Made by a program: the position numbers and the translations under genes
The notes under the pieces: generated by a model
The model's database searches: none
What the model saw: the letters and a program-made list of their open reading frames with translations, nothing else
Told to the model about the DNA's origin: nothing
Assembly: GCA_963715865.1 (NCBI GenBank)
Contig: OY970280.1
Coordinates: 1,056,001 to 1,120,000 of the forward strand
Reading direction: 5' to 3'
Origin: Candidatus Bathyarchaeota archaeon
GTDB lineage: Archaea > Thermoproteota > Bathyarchaeia > Bathyarchaeales > Bathycorpusculaceae
DNA length: 64,000 nucleotides
Shown: positions 21,257 through 31,263 of the stretch, piece by piece
Layout: every line of letters starts with the position of its first letter
How positions within the stretch are numbered: position 1 is the stretch's first letter

Positions 21257-21907
21257 ATGAAACTTGTAAAAACAGGAATCGCAGGTCTCGATGAATTCCT
21301 AACTGGAGGCCTACCGCCTAAAATACTCCTTCTCACAGGTTTACCAGGCGCAGGAAACGAAATATTCGCCAGACAAATCGCGTACACAAGGGCAAAACAA
21401 ATCGGAATAACCTACTTCACCGTAAACGCAACCGCAGACAGCGTGAAAGAAGACATGGTAGCTTACAACTGGGACACCACACCACTAGAAGCCACCGGAA
21501 ACTGGAAATTCAAAACCTTAACAAAAACCAACCACTTAGAAGAAACCGTAATCGAAGAAATGAAACAACACCGAACAATCATCATAGACTCACTTTCCGA
21601 ATTGCTCCTCACACGCAAAATCGAAGAAGCCATCAACCTCCTCACCGCAATGTCCCGCCAAAACAAAAACACCGAAGAATACCACCTACTCCTCCTGACC
21701 GAAGGGATGCAAGACCCAAAAGCTGAAACCGCAATGCAACACTTCGCCGAAGGCGTAATAATATTCAACACCACATGGACAACAGACACCACACACAGAG
21801 ACATCCTGATAAAGAAGATGAAAGGCACCTTTGTACCAACACGAAGACTACCATACACAATCAGCAAAAAAGGATTCATCATAGAAACAGCCACTAGAAT
21901 AACATAA
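21257..21907 (+). CDS. KaiC/RAD55-family RecA-fold protein, Walker A lysine absent
   Basis: KTGIAGLDEFLTGGLP...GLPGAGNE...IIIDSLSELL...IKKMKG...YTISKKGFII. Confidence 0.85.
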   Translation: MKLVKTGIAGLDEFLTGGLPPKILLLTGLPGAGNEIFARQIAYTRAKQIGITYFTVNATADSVKEDMVAYNWDTTPLEATGNWKFKTLTKTNHLEETVIEEMKQHRTIIIDSLSELLLTRKIEEAINLLTAMSRQNKNTEEYHLLLLTEGMQDPKAETAMQHFAEGVIIFNTTWTTDTTHRDILIKKMKGTFVPTRRLPYTISKKGFIIETATRIT

Positions 21908-21989
21908 CAAACCCCTCAAACACAAAAACCTAAACATACTACAAATCATTAGCCAAAATTCATAATTTACTTATCACGAAAAACGATAC

Positions 21990-22214
21990 ATGTCCAACGA
22001 TGATACAATGAAGCCAATTCATAACAACTGGAACGAACTCTTCCATGATTGCATGCTAATAATTTTTGTATGCGGAACAATCGGTATAGCGGTAAAATTC
22101 GTAACCTTCTTCAATCAATGGGTTTATTTCCCATCATTCCCAAACGCGCTGGACTCAACATTCCTCATCTCTGCAGTTATGTACCTCGCCTGGAAATCAC
22201 GCAAAGGCAAATAA
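21990..22214 (+). CDS. Small two-TM hypothetical protein
   Basis: Two hydrophobic segments, basic C-terminus. Confidence 0.5.
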   Translation: MSNDDTMKPIHNNWNELFHDCMLIIFVCGTIGIAVKFVTFFNQWVYFPSFPNALDSTFLISAVMYLAWKSRKGK

Positions 22215-22333
22215 TCTCTGATCATTCAACCAATGCCATGAAAATTCGCTTATCAATAACCTAAGACCTTTGTTAAAAAAAGAGATAGACGAACCTTGAA
22301 AGAACAAATTCAAAGCGAAGTTACATAGAAAAA

Positions 22334-22543
22334 TTGATCGACATCAATTGCCGACTAAGCGAATTCCTTAAAGAAAAGAAAATCATAAAGCGTCTCATAA
22401 AAATCTCATGCGCAGTCCAAGGCGTGAATGCTTTGATGGACGGTTTCTTATGGTTCACCTCAGGCTTCCACGTGCCTTCATGGACCATCTCCACACTTGT
22501 CGTCGGCTACTCAGTCATACTCCTAGCCTACGACAGACTATAA
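22334..22543 (+). CDS. Small membrane hypothetical protein
   Basis: Two hydrophobic segments, TTG start. Confidence 0.4.
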   Translation: MIDINCRLSEFLKEKKIIKRLIKISCAVQGVNALMDGFLWFTSGFHVPSWTISTLVVGYSVILLAYDRL

Positions 22544-22691
22544 GTGCCTCTTACTCCGCCCTAGTTTAGACGTGGGATTTGACTCTGCGGTACTCCTCAG
22601 TTAGCTGTCATAGGATTGCTTTAAATAATGCACTTCAGAGTTCGCGAACGCTTCAATTTTGTAAATGCATTTAAATAATTTCCCCAAACTT

Positions 22692-24047
22692 TCAAACAAA
22701 AGAAGAATGCCAGCCCTCAATCATACGCTTCTCTTCTAAGTTCTGTTTTTCTAAGCCATAACGCCTCAACGGCTTAGTGAGATGCCTTTGCGACCTAGTA
22801 GAAGTAATGTATAAACCAGGCTTGAGTGGTCTTGGAATTAAAACCTCTTTTTTACTGTAGTCACTGAATCTTTCACCGCATTTTTCACAGCGGAATCCTT
22901 GGTTTTTGCCCATGGATTTCAATCGTTTACCACAGTTAGGGCAAAGCGGATTTTCCAAAAGCGTTTTTGGTTTAAGGTCTAAGATGTAGATTTTTTCCAG
23001 ATTAATTGTCAACGGCTTGCTTGATGTTGGCTTATGTACGGCTCCATAAACTTCAACGCTGTCGCCAACGATGAGTTCTCTTGCGATTTTGCGAAGGCCG
23101 CCTGTTGGCTCGTAAGCAGCGCAATCCACTTCCGCCGAATCATCCTTAATTGAAAAGATAACGTGGCGCAAGGGAACTATCCGCGGGTTCCGTGAAACAA
23201 CGCCTTTAGCTATGACTGAACTGTATGGTTCAATCCTGCTTAACGCTTCAACATGCTTTAGGTGAGCATCTGTGCCTTGGTTTGAACGGAAAATAACCCA
23301 GCGCTCAACAGGTTCAAGCGGCTTAACCAGCCCGTAAGCTTTCTTTACTATTTCTGGTGATTCGCCTCTGATGCCGAAGAGAATTGGGTCTGGACCTCGT
23401 GGCGTAATGATTACCCGTCGTTTCTCTGAATCCACATTGTTAAAAGTGTACGGCTGCGTCTGTTTATCCATTTCAAAAATTGATGGCTCATCAACTTTTC
23501 TTTTAGAGCCCCAATTTTGCGGTGTTCTATAAGCAATTAACTCGTAGGTGTGGTCGCCTTCGAGGGTTTCGCCAATTGCTGCTAAAGCGCCGATGATGCC
23601 TCTGCAAGAATTAAAGCCTAACGCTTCAGCCTCAAACTTTTTGATAAGCGCCATGGCTTCCTTGAGTGTTACAATGCTTGTTTCAGTTTTTTTCGCAAAA
23701 ACCCCAAGTTCCTCTGAGATTTCTTGCCCTTTCAAAAAAACTATTCCAGGATCCGTGCCTTTCTCTTTGATGGCTGAGTTTTCTTCCCATAAAGTTATAG
23801 CTGCATCTTTTATTTCCCCTTCAAGCTCGGCGTCATGTTTGAATCTTAGGCATAGGGCGCCGTTGCCTCTTGTTTTCCATGGCACGTTAGGATTAAGCCT
23901 AATCAAGCTTGGGTAATCAATAAATTGGACTTGGAACTTTGCAAGTTTTTCGACGAGTAATGCAGCAAGATAAGTAGTGCATCCACCTTTCGTTGAGTCT
24001 GTGTCGTCTAACCCAATGTGCATTACCTGTTGTTTAGTCAAAGGCAA
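22692..24047 (-). CDS. tiaS: tRNA(Ile2) 2-agmatinylcytidine synthetase
   Basis: HIGLDDTDS...GGCTTY, RLNPNVPWKTRGNG, PRGPDPILFGIRG, NQGTDAH, C-terminal Zn ribbon CPNC/CEKC. Confidence 0.96.
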   Translation of the reverse strand: MPLTKQQVMHIGLDDTDSTKGGCTTYLAALLVEKLAKFQVQFIDYPSLIRLNPNVPWKTRGNGALCLRFKHDAELEGEIKDAAITLWEENSAIKEKGTDPGIVFLKGQEISEELGVFAKKTETSIVTLKEAMALIKKFEAEALGFNSCRGIIGALAAIGETLEGDHTYELIAYRTPQNWGSKRKVDEPSIFEMDKQTQPYTFNNVDSEKRRVIITPRGPDPILFGIRGESPEIVKKAYGLVKPLEPVERWVIFRSNQGTDAHLKHVEALSRIEPYSSVIAKGVVSRNPRIVPLRHVIFSIKDDSAEVDCAAYEPTGGLRKIARELIVGDSVEVYGAVHKPTSSKPLTINLEKIYILDLKPKTLLENPLCPNCGKRLKSMGKNQGFRCEKCGERFSDYSKKEVLIPRPLKPGLYITSTRSQRHLTKPLRRYGLEKQNLEEKRMIEGWHSSFV

Positions 24048-24127
24048 CTATTCTCCAAGTCAAACTAGAGAATTAAGCTGCGAAGCTAAAAAATATTGTT
24101 TAGCCTAAAGCTGAGTTTAGCTTTGAC

Positions 24128-24415
24128 TTATAGGAGAATAGGATTTTGTTCAAAAATTACTTGCTCTTGCAGTGTTGTTTGCGGTTTCTCAGCTATTACC
24201 ATGGTTAATTTTGAATTTATTTTGCCGATTTTCTCAATTCTTTTAGTTATGATGAATTTGAGTTTCTCCATATTGTCTGCTTTTATGTTTGCGATTATGT
24301 CGTAGACCCCCCAGAGGGTGTGCGCTTCTTCGACACCTTCAATTTTTTTTAGCGCATTCAGTACCTGGTTTTCAGCTCCTATTTCAGTATTTAAGAGAAC
24401 CCATGCAACTGGCAA
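24128..24415 (-). CDS. Stand-alone Lrp/AsnC ligand-binding (RAM) domain protein
   Basis: AWVLLNTEIG...EAHTLWGVYDIIA. No HTH. Confidence 0.88.
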   Translation of the reverse strand: MPVAWVLLNTEIGAENQVLNALKKIEGVEEAHTLWGVYDIIANIKADNMEKLKFIITKRIEKIGKINSKLTMVIAEKPQTTLQEQVIFEQNPILL

Positions 24416-24965
24416 TTTTTTTTAACTCTCCTTTAGTTTTGAGGTGGTTGGCTTCAGAGGCCTGGGTGCTCTTTCTTGTTCAAGGGGAACGAAAAAAGGT
24501 TCAATGTGAAACCAGACTTCTTCATCCAACCAATAAAAAATTCGGTGCATCTGTAAATAGTGAGAGCTCTTACTATAATTTGGCTACTCCCAGGCATGTT
24601 ATCTTGGATTTGCAAGTTCGCTTTCATTCTCTCACTACTCAGACACACATAAGTATAAATCGGTTGCAAAAAATTTAAAACTATGTGACTGTATCTACGC
24701 AGTCACAACCTACCGTTCATTTTGGAAAAATATTCGTTTTATTAAGCTAACTGCACTTAGAATAGTGGTTTCTAGCATGGGTGTCTAGCTCTTTTCCGTT
24801 TTGGAAGTGGGTTCCACACCATGGGCATTTGAATTCTACTTTCATGTGTTATCATGTTTGCATCTGGTTTTTTGATGATTTACGTTTGTGTACGTATTAA
24901 AAATGACAACAATGGTTACTGGTTTATTTAGGGATATTAGCAAAAGAAAGGGAATTTAAGTGAAG

Positions 24966-25202
24966 TTATCGTTCTTCTACTACAATCATTGTTAGAGTTG
25001 ACCGTACTTTGTCTAACCGTCGAATACGCCATGTCACTATTTCTTTTAGTTTATCCATAGTGTCTGCTTTGACCCTTGCTACTATGTCGTAGACTCCGTA
25101 AACGGCTGATGCTTCTTCAACGCCTTCGACTTTTTTCAGGTCTTTAAGTACGTCTGATTCTGAACCTATTTCGGTATTTATTAATACAAAGGCTGTGGGC
25201 AT
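24966..25202 (-). CDS. Stand-alone Lrp/AsnC ligand-binding (RAM) domain protein
   Basis: MPTAFVLINTEIG...VYGVYDIVA...VRSTLTMIV. Confidence 0.92.
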   Translation of the reverse strand: MPTAFVLINTEIGSESDVLKDLKKVEGVEEASAVYGVYDIVARVKADTMDKLKEIVTWRIRRLDKVRSTLTMIVVEER

Positions 25203-25327
25203 ATCAATCCCGATCCTATAATAAATGATTAGTTCCGTGTACATTAAAATGTTTCCTAGAAAACCGCGCAAGTCACCGCTTACATTGCCATCTGTAAGGC
25301 AAACGTTTGATAAATTAGAAACTAAAA

Positions 25328-26374
25328 TTAAGGAAAGTTATCGTTTTGCTTTTTTCGCATAATTTTTATACCTGCCCATTGCAGGGCTACATAAGAGACG
25401 ACAAGTCGGAACCACAGGCTCACAACCCTCGTCAGCAAAGTGACAGAAACACTTAGTGCCGCTGGGATTCCAAGAGCAGTAAATGAAATGCTCATGATTA
25501 ATTCTGGAAAACCGAAAAATGTTACGCCTATGGTTTGAAGTGTTCCAGTTAAAGTAAACACTATAAGCACTTTATCCACTGGCACAGGATAACCTAAGGC
25601 GATAAAAGTTAGGAATGTGACTGAGATTTCGAAAATAAAACTTATAATAGCATATATAATGGGTTTAACTAGTGCTTTTGGGTTAGCTTTCAATTGTTGT
25701 ATGCCGACATGGAATCTACTCAATAGTTCTTCTGCTTTAAGCCTGAAATTTTGAGGGCTCCAAGTTTTTCGGAAAAACAATGCTATGCGTATCGACCAGT
25801 TTAGCAAAGTTTTGGTTGCCGATGGTTTGATGCTTACGTAGTAAACGAGCAGTAACGTTAAAATTGAGAGCGCCAAGACGAGCGAAATCAAAAAGGTAAC
25901 TATGAACGGCAAGGGATAGCTAATAAGCGCTAATCCTAAACCGAGCGCCATAGCAACAACGGTGATTGCCATTGTAAAAATTTTTTGGCCAACAACCGAT
26001 GCGCCTATTTTTCCTGAATCATGGCTTGAATCCTTGGTTAACAGGTAAGTTTTCGAGACTTCTCCCGACCAGCCCAATTGGGGAACTGTAGCTTCAAAAA
26101 ACAATCCAACCCACGTAAAGAGCAGCGCCTTCCGAGTGCTAATTTTTACTGACAGGTTGTTTAGCAGGTGGTGCCAAACTAGCGCAGAGAAGAATGCATA
26201 AAGGGAATAAGCTACAAAAGCACTTGCATAATAAACGAGATTTGTCTTTGAGAGTATCGCGACAACTTGAGCGGGATTAATGAATAAGATAAAATAAAGA
26301 ATGAAAGCTACTAATCCTAAAATTAAAACTAGCAGAATCACGTTTTGACGTAACGGTCTTTTTAATGAGTTCAT
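25328..26374 (-). CDS. Flippase-like membrane protein (UPF0104 / lysylphosphatidylglycerol synthase TM family)
   Basis: Multi-TM, FFEATVPQLGWSGE, LLTRVVSLW. Confidence 0.85.
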   Translation of the reverse strand: MNSLKRPLRQNVILLVLILGLVAFILYFILFINPAQVVAILSKTNLVYYASAFVAYSLYAFFSALVWHHLLNNLSVKISTRKALLFTWVGLFFEATVPQLGWSGEVSKTYLLTKDSSHDSGKIGASVVGQKIFTMAITVVAMALGLGLALISYPLPFIVTFLISLVLALSILTLLLVYYVSIKPSATKTLLNWSIRIALFFRKTWSPQNFRLKAEELLSRFHVGIQQLKANPKALVKPIIYAIISFIFEISVTFLTFIALGYPVPVDKVLIVFTLTGTLQTIGVTFFGFPELIMSISFTALGIPAALSVSVTLLTRVVSLWFRLVVSYVALQWAGIKIMRKKQNDNFP

Positions 26375-26608
26375 CTAGGATTTCAAGCCTTAGCTAAATT
26401 CTCAGTAGCTAAGCTATTAAGCGTATATACAAAAAATTAAAGCCGCTATTTTTCAGTTATTTTTGGCGCTCTTAAAAGCTCCAAAATCGCAAGGGCAGAT
26501 AACTGGACGAAAAGAAGGAAAACTACAATTTGTCATGAGACATTAATATGTTCATGTTATTAAAACAAAAAAGAGAGCGAGAAGTGATGCCTTTCTAAAT
26601 TTTCGCCG

Positions 26609-26842
26609 TTATTCTTCCATCATTATCAGTGTTAACGTGGATCTAACTCTGCTAATTGCTCTTACTTTTCGTGTTACCATGTCCTTGAGTTTTTCCATTG
26701 AGTCAGCTTTTATTTTAGTAATTATGTCGTACACGCCGTAGGAAAAGTACGCTTCTTCCACGCCTTCAATCTTTTTAAGTTCCCCGAGAACTTCTTCTTC
26801 TGCACCTGATTCAACGTTTATTAATACAAATGCTTTAGGCAT
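26609..26842 (-). CDS. Stand-alone Lrp/AsnC ligand-binding (RAM) domain protein
   Basis: MPKAFVLINVESG...SYGVYDIIT...VRSTLTLIM. Confidence 0.92.
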   Translation of the reverse strand: MPKAFVLINVESGAEEEVLGELKKIEGVEEAYFSYGVYDIITKIKADSMEKLKDMVTRKVRAISRVRSTLTLIMMEE

Positions 26843-26982
26843 TTCAGTCTCCACTTATATTTTAGTGGACTCTTAATTAAAATTTTTCTAAATTAACGGG
26901 CAAATTTGCTTACTAAAATTTTATTTACCGCAAATTTTATGAGCACTTGCCTTCTAAAAAGATAAACAAGGAGAAAATAAGA

Positions 26983-27324
26983 TTGGTTTATTGTACAAAA
27001 TGCGGGACACTCAGCCCTGACAACGCTACCAATTGTTCTAATTGTGGGGCTCCACTTTATGGCGCTAGCGTCGAGAATAAGCCTTACTGGCATGAGCATC
27101 GGCATAGGTATTATGAGGAAGGGTATTATTATCGAAAAGGCAGCGGTGCGGGACTTCTCATTGCGGGTTTAATAGTAATTTTAATCGGGTTAGCATTATT
27201 TTTCGGTACGCTTTCAATGTTTTGGCAGTATTTCTGGCCGCTTGTGTTCGTTTTGATTGGTATATGGCTTATTGTACGAGGGTTAATGCGCCACAGCAGG
27301 AATAGGCAACCACCGCCCCATTAG
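26983..27324 (+). CDS. Zinc-ribbon membrane protein
   Basis: YCTKCG...CSNCG followed by two TMs (FWQYFWPLVFVLIG). TTG start. Confidence 0.8.
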   Translation: MVYCTKCGTLSPDNATNCSNCGAPLYGASVENKPYWHEHRHRYYEEGYYYRKGSGAGLLIAGLIVILIGLALFFGTLSMFWQYFWPLVFVLIGIWLIVRGLMRHSRNRQPPPH

Positions 27325-27436
27325 CCTGTTTACCTGTCTAGCACAAATCATTCTTGATTGCACGTTTTTACAGCTACGCACACAAAAGAGTTATATTAAG
27401 TCAGGTTGAAAGGTGTTTGTTATTGCGGGGAAAAGC

Positions 27437-29065
27437 ATGGTTAAGTACATTTTCGTGACAGGAGGCGTGTTAAGTTCCGTCGGTAAAGGCATTTTAACGT
27501 CTTCCATCGGTAAGATGCTTCAGGCTCGAGGATTAAAGCCTACGGTTATAAAAATCGACCCTTATGTGAACGTTGATGCGGGAACCATGAATCCCTATAT
27601 GCATGGGGAAGTCTTCGTAACGGATGATGGCGGCGAAACCGACTTAGATTTAGGCTGGTACGAACGCTTCTTAGATTTACGCCTCAAACAAGAAAACAAC
27701 TTAACCACTGGCATGGTGTATAAAGCGGTAATTGAGAAAGAGCGTCGCGGCGACTTTTTAGGACGCTGTGTCCAAATTGTGCCGCATATAACTAACGAAA
27801 TTAAAAATCGCATTAAAAGCGTTGGCAAAGCCGCATGTGCCGAGGTTGTTTTGACTGAAGTTGGCGGAACAGTTGGCGACATTGAAGGGTTACCGTTTTT
27901 GGAAGCTATTCGCCAGATGCGTATTGAAGAAGGCTATGAGAATACGCTTTATGTACATTTGGCTTTGGTGCCGATTTTGGATGTTACTGGTGAAATGAAA
28001 ACTAAACCCTTACAGCACAGCGTTAATGAGTTAAGAGGCATCGGTATTCAACCAGATACCATCGTGGCTAGAAGCCCCAAAATGATTGATGCTGAAGCCC
28101 TCAGAAAAATAGCTTTGTTCGGCACTATTCCTGAAAGCGCTGTCTTCTGCTCGTATAACGCTGAGTCTGTTTATCAGGTGCCGCTTATTTTGGATAAGCA
28201 AGGAATGGGCGATTTTATCTGCCAAAGATTAGGTATCAAATGTGAGACTAAAGATTTCGGTGCTTGGCAGCAGTATGTTGACGCCGTGGTTCATCCTGAA
28301 AATGAAGTTAAGATAGCGTTAGTGGGCAAATACGCTGGGTTAACTGACAGTTACGTGAGCATGACCGAGGCACTTCGGCACGCTGGTGGTGCATGCAAGA
28401 CTAAGGTTTGTATTTCTTACTTGGAAGCTGAGAAACTGGAGCAAGAACCTCAATGCGTAAAAGACCTTGCGAATTTTGACGGAGTTTTTGTTCCTTACGG
28501 TTTTGGTCCACGAGGAACTGAAGGCAAAATTGCGGCTACCCAGTTTGCCAGAGAGAATGATATTCCTTTCTTGGGCATATGTTATGGTTTTCAGTTGGCA
28601 GTTATCGAGTTCGCTCGGAATGTTTGCGGCTTAAAGGATGCCAATAGCACAGAGATTAATCCTGAAACGCCTCATCCAGTCATAGACCTTATGCCTGAGC
28701 AGCGTGGAATAGAAATTAAGGGTGCAACTATGCGTTTAGGTGCTCACAAAGTGGTTTTGCAAAAAGGCACGCTTGCTTACAGCTTGTATGGGCAGGAAGA
28801 AATTTACGAGCGCCACCGCCACCGCTTTGAAGTTAACTTAGACTACTTGGAAATCCTCAAAAAGAATGGTTTATGTTTCACTGGCAAAAGCGCTGACGGC
28901 AGAAGAATGGAAACCTTAGAGTTGCCAAACAACTACTTCTTCTTTGCCTCTCAGTTCCATGGAGAATTCAAAAGTCGACCTGGAAGGCCTTCACCTGAAT
29001 ACTTTGGGTTTATTCAAGCATGCGTTAATAAGAAGCTTGGAAAACCAAAACCCATTATTTCTTAG
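27437..29065 (+). CDS. pyrG: CTP synthase
   Basis: KYIFVTGGVLSSVGKG, GEVFVTDDGGETDLDLG, GICYG, ERHRHR, QFHGE. Confidence 0.99.
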   Translation: MVKYIFVTGGVLSSVGKGILTSSIGKMLQARGLKPTVIKIDPYVNVDAGTMNPYMHGEVFVTDDGGETDLDLGWYERFLDLRLKQENNLTTGMVYKAVIEKERRGDFLGRCVQIVPHITNEIKNRIKSVGKAACAEVVLTEVGGTVGDIEGLPFLEAIRQMRIEEGYENTLYVHLALVPILDVTGEMKTKPLQHSVNELRGIGIQPDTIVARSPKMIDAEALRKIALFGTIPESAVFCSYNAESVYQVPLILDKQGMGDFICQRLGIKCETKDFGAWQQYVDAVVHPENEVKIALVGKYAGLTDSYVSMTEALRHAGGACKTKVCISYLEAEKLEQEPQCVKDLANFDGVFVPYGFGPRGTEGKIAATQFARENDIPFLGICYGFQLAVIEFARNVCGLKDANSTEINPETPHPVIDLMPEQRGIEIKGATMRLGAHKVVLQKGTLAYSLYGQEEIYERHRHRFEVNLDYLEILKKNGLCFTGKSADGRRMETLELPNNYFFFASQFHGEFKSRPGRPSPEYFGFIQACVNKKLGKPKPIIS

Positions 29066-29127
29066 AAATTAGCGTAATTACTAGAAAAGGCTATAATGCA
29101 TGATTTACATGAGACGGTAAGGATTGA

Positions 29128-29424
29128 TTGAAAATGGCAGAAGAAGGAAAATGGGATTCAAAAGGCTTTGACAAGTTAATGAAAAACAGCAAAAATGAAT
29201 TAGTTGACTTACAGAATCAACTGCAAAATTTAATGGTAAAGTTTTGCATGCGTGCATTACGTGTTTATCAATCTACAAGGCCTGAACCGCTAAGACCTGA
29301 TGAAGTCTCTTTGTTAATCAAGAACGAACTGAACAATGCTATTGCCGACCTTACAGCGCAGACAAACATGGATAACATTGTTAAGCTCGTTAAGGAAGAA
29401 TGGGCTAAACAACAGAAACCATAG
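29128..29424 (+). CDS. Hypothetical helical protein
   Basis: 98-aa ORF co-directional with pyrG, coding-like composition. Confidence 0.7.
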   Translation: MKMAEEGKWDSKGFDKLMKNSKNELVDLQNQLQNLMVKFCMRALRVYQSTRPEPLRPDEVSLLIKNELNNAIADLTAQTNMDNIVKLVKEEWAKQQKP

Positions 29425-29543
29425 GTTAAGTATCTTAGCCCTGTTTTTTCTTACGGTTTATAATTAATGAAGTTAGGTTTGTGTCTGTTAAATCGTTAAA
29501 AATTGTTGATGTTGGATAAAAAAAGTGTTATCGCTTTCGTCGA

Positions 29544-29966
29544 TTATTTTGTGCGACAGAACTCTTCCATCGTTGACATTAATGAAGGAACCGAGTAGAC
29601 TATGTCCCTGTCGTTTATCATGCCTACGAGGCAGCCGTTTTTGTCAACGATTGGTAAGTGCTTGATTTGCCAGTGTTTCATCAGTTTAGCTGCTTCTTCA
29701 ACTGTTGCTGACTCATCTATTGTTACCAGCGGGTTTGTGTAGACCATTCTTGCAATGATTGTGTTCAGAGGCACGCCATGTTCAACTGCTCTTACGAGAA
29801 CATCTTTGACTGTTATGATTCCTGTTGGTTTTCCGCTTTGCTCGACAAGTATTGCATCTTTGTCATACTTGTTCATTAATGCAACTACTTCTTTGACTGA
29901 CGTATCATTACGCACAGTTTTAACATCTTTTGACATTATGTCTCTTACGAGAACATTGCTTGCCAT
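29544..29966 (-). CDS. CBS-domain pair protein
   Basis: VRDIMSKDV...GIITVKD...HLPIVD...VGMINDRD. Confidence 0.93.
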   Translation of the reverse strand: MASNVLVRDIMSKDVKTVRNDTSVKEVVALMNKYDKDAILVEQSGKPTGIITVKDVLVRAVEHGVPLNTIIARMVYTNPLVTIDESATVEEAAKLMKHWQIKHLPIVDKNGCLVGMINDRDIVYSVPSLMSTMEEFCRTK

Positions 29967-30099
29967 TCAAATTTCACCTTAACGTCTATGACAAAAGCAC
30001 TTGTCATTTATCAATTTTTTGTTTATTGACCCTACCCTGCTAATGGTGCAAAACTTAAAGGCTCGTTTCCCGTCATTCTTTTTGAAGGCGGCTTGCTTT

Positions 30100-30607
30100 T
30101 TGAGCAACAATTCCAAAGAATTGGAGAGGTTTGGCGTCAGGTTAGATAAAGCTGAAAATTACGCTGAAGTTTGGCAAATTGTAAAGGACACAGTGAAGTT
30201 TTCTTTGGGTAAAAGAAGGGATAGTATGATGCTGTTTTTGGATGATTTGCCTCTCCAGTTGGGCGCCTATTATCCCGATTGGAACCAACAACATTGTCCT
30301 AAACAGGTCGCTAGTGGAAATCGTTGAGGCATCTGTGAGCTCCAAGCCAATGGTTAATGCTTTGGTGTACAATCTCTTGTTGCATGAGTATTTGCATGCG
30401 CTCGGCGAGTATTCTGAGGTTGGGGTTAGGCGCATGGTTGTTGAAGTTGCAAAGAAATGCTTTGGAGAACAACACATTGCGACAGAGGTTGCACGCAAGA
30501 CACCTTGGGTTTTGCTAAAGGATATTCCTCTTGGACCATTCAACGCGCCTAAACGAGTAATGGAAATCGTTAAGGATTTCGAAAAAACAGGCAAATACAT
30601 CGTATAA
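30100..30607 (+). pseudogene. HExxH-motif hypothetical protein, split by a +1 frameshift near 30277
   Basis: Removing one C from CCCGATT joins LGAYYP to IGTNNIVLNR...LLHEYLHALG. Confidence 0.7.
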
Positions 30608-30641
30608 AATATAAAATGCAGTGTGCCCAAGGGCTTTTGAA

Positions 30642-31046
30642 TTAATGTTGATCAATTGCCATTATGGAGAATTGTATTTGTTGAACAGGCTTGTTTGCTT
30701 TAAGCCCATCAATTAGGCTTCTAAGACGTTTTGAGGAGCCTTTTACAACCATGACTTCAAGGCAACTTGTTTCAGATAGGTGGGCATGCAGGTATGCGGT
30801 TATCATATCGTCAAATTCATGTTGTAGTCGGAATAATTCTTTATTTTCTTCAGTTTTTCCGTAAAGGACTGTTATTGTTGCGATGACGTTTCCTTTGATT
30901 TTGTCTAGTTCGTTGTATTGTGTAAGGTACATGCGAACAGCTTGTCGGACTACTTCTGACCGGTTTGCGCTTCGATCTTCTTCTCCAAGGATAGTGTCAA
31001 GTTGTTCAAGCAACTCGTTGGGTAATGAAAGACTAATTATGCTCAC
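30642..31046 (-). CDS. nikR: NikR-family ribbon-helix-helix metalloregulator
   Basis: RHH N-terminus (ISLSLPNELL...NRSEVVRQAVR). QHE...LHAH...CLEV matches the NikR His/His/His/Cys site. Confidence 0.85.
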   Translation of the reverse strand: MSIISLSLPNELLEQLDTILGEEDRSANRSEVVRQAVRMYLTQYNELDKIKGNVIATITVLYGKTEENKELFRLQHEFDDMITAYLHAHLSETSCLEVMVVKGSSKRLRSLIDGLKANKPVQQIQFSIMAIDQH

Positions 31047-31203
31047 TAAGCTTCACCTTTACTTAATCTACTTTGTTCTATTAGTTTGCTTGACTTAAAT
31101 ATTGCCTTCATTTCGCCCTAAAAATCAGGAGTTTGTTTACTTCGCTTTTTTGATTGCTTTTTTTGCAGGCGGTTTGGAAAGTAAACATAGAAAGAGTGAC
31201 TCG

Positions 31204-31233
31204 GTTATTAAAAAAAGCGCTAAATTTAATAAC
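31204..31233. promoter_or_regulatory. Putative NikR operator
   Basis: Perfect inverted repeat GTTATTAAA-N12-TTTAATAAC (= TTATTA-N16-TAATAA), adjacent to TATA-like TTTAATAAA upstream of the ABC operon. Confidence 0.65.
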
Positions 31234-31263
31234 GTTTAATAAATAGTGCTGCTATTTTAATAA

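Noticed and set aside
8449-21907. Archaellum operon
   Set aside because: No FlaF/FlaG or chemotaxis genes. Two TadC-like genes and adhesin-type pilins indicate a pilus.
22545-22640. Possible small RNA on the minus strand (TTTAAA followed by ATGA...CTGA and GAGTCAAATCCC)
   Set aside because: Box spacing is too short for C/D and there is no cloverleaf. Evidence is insufficient.
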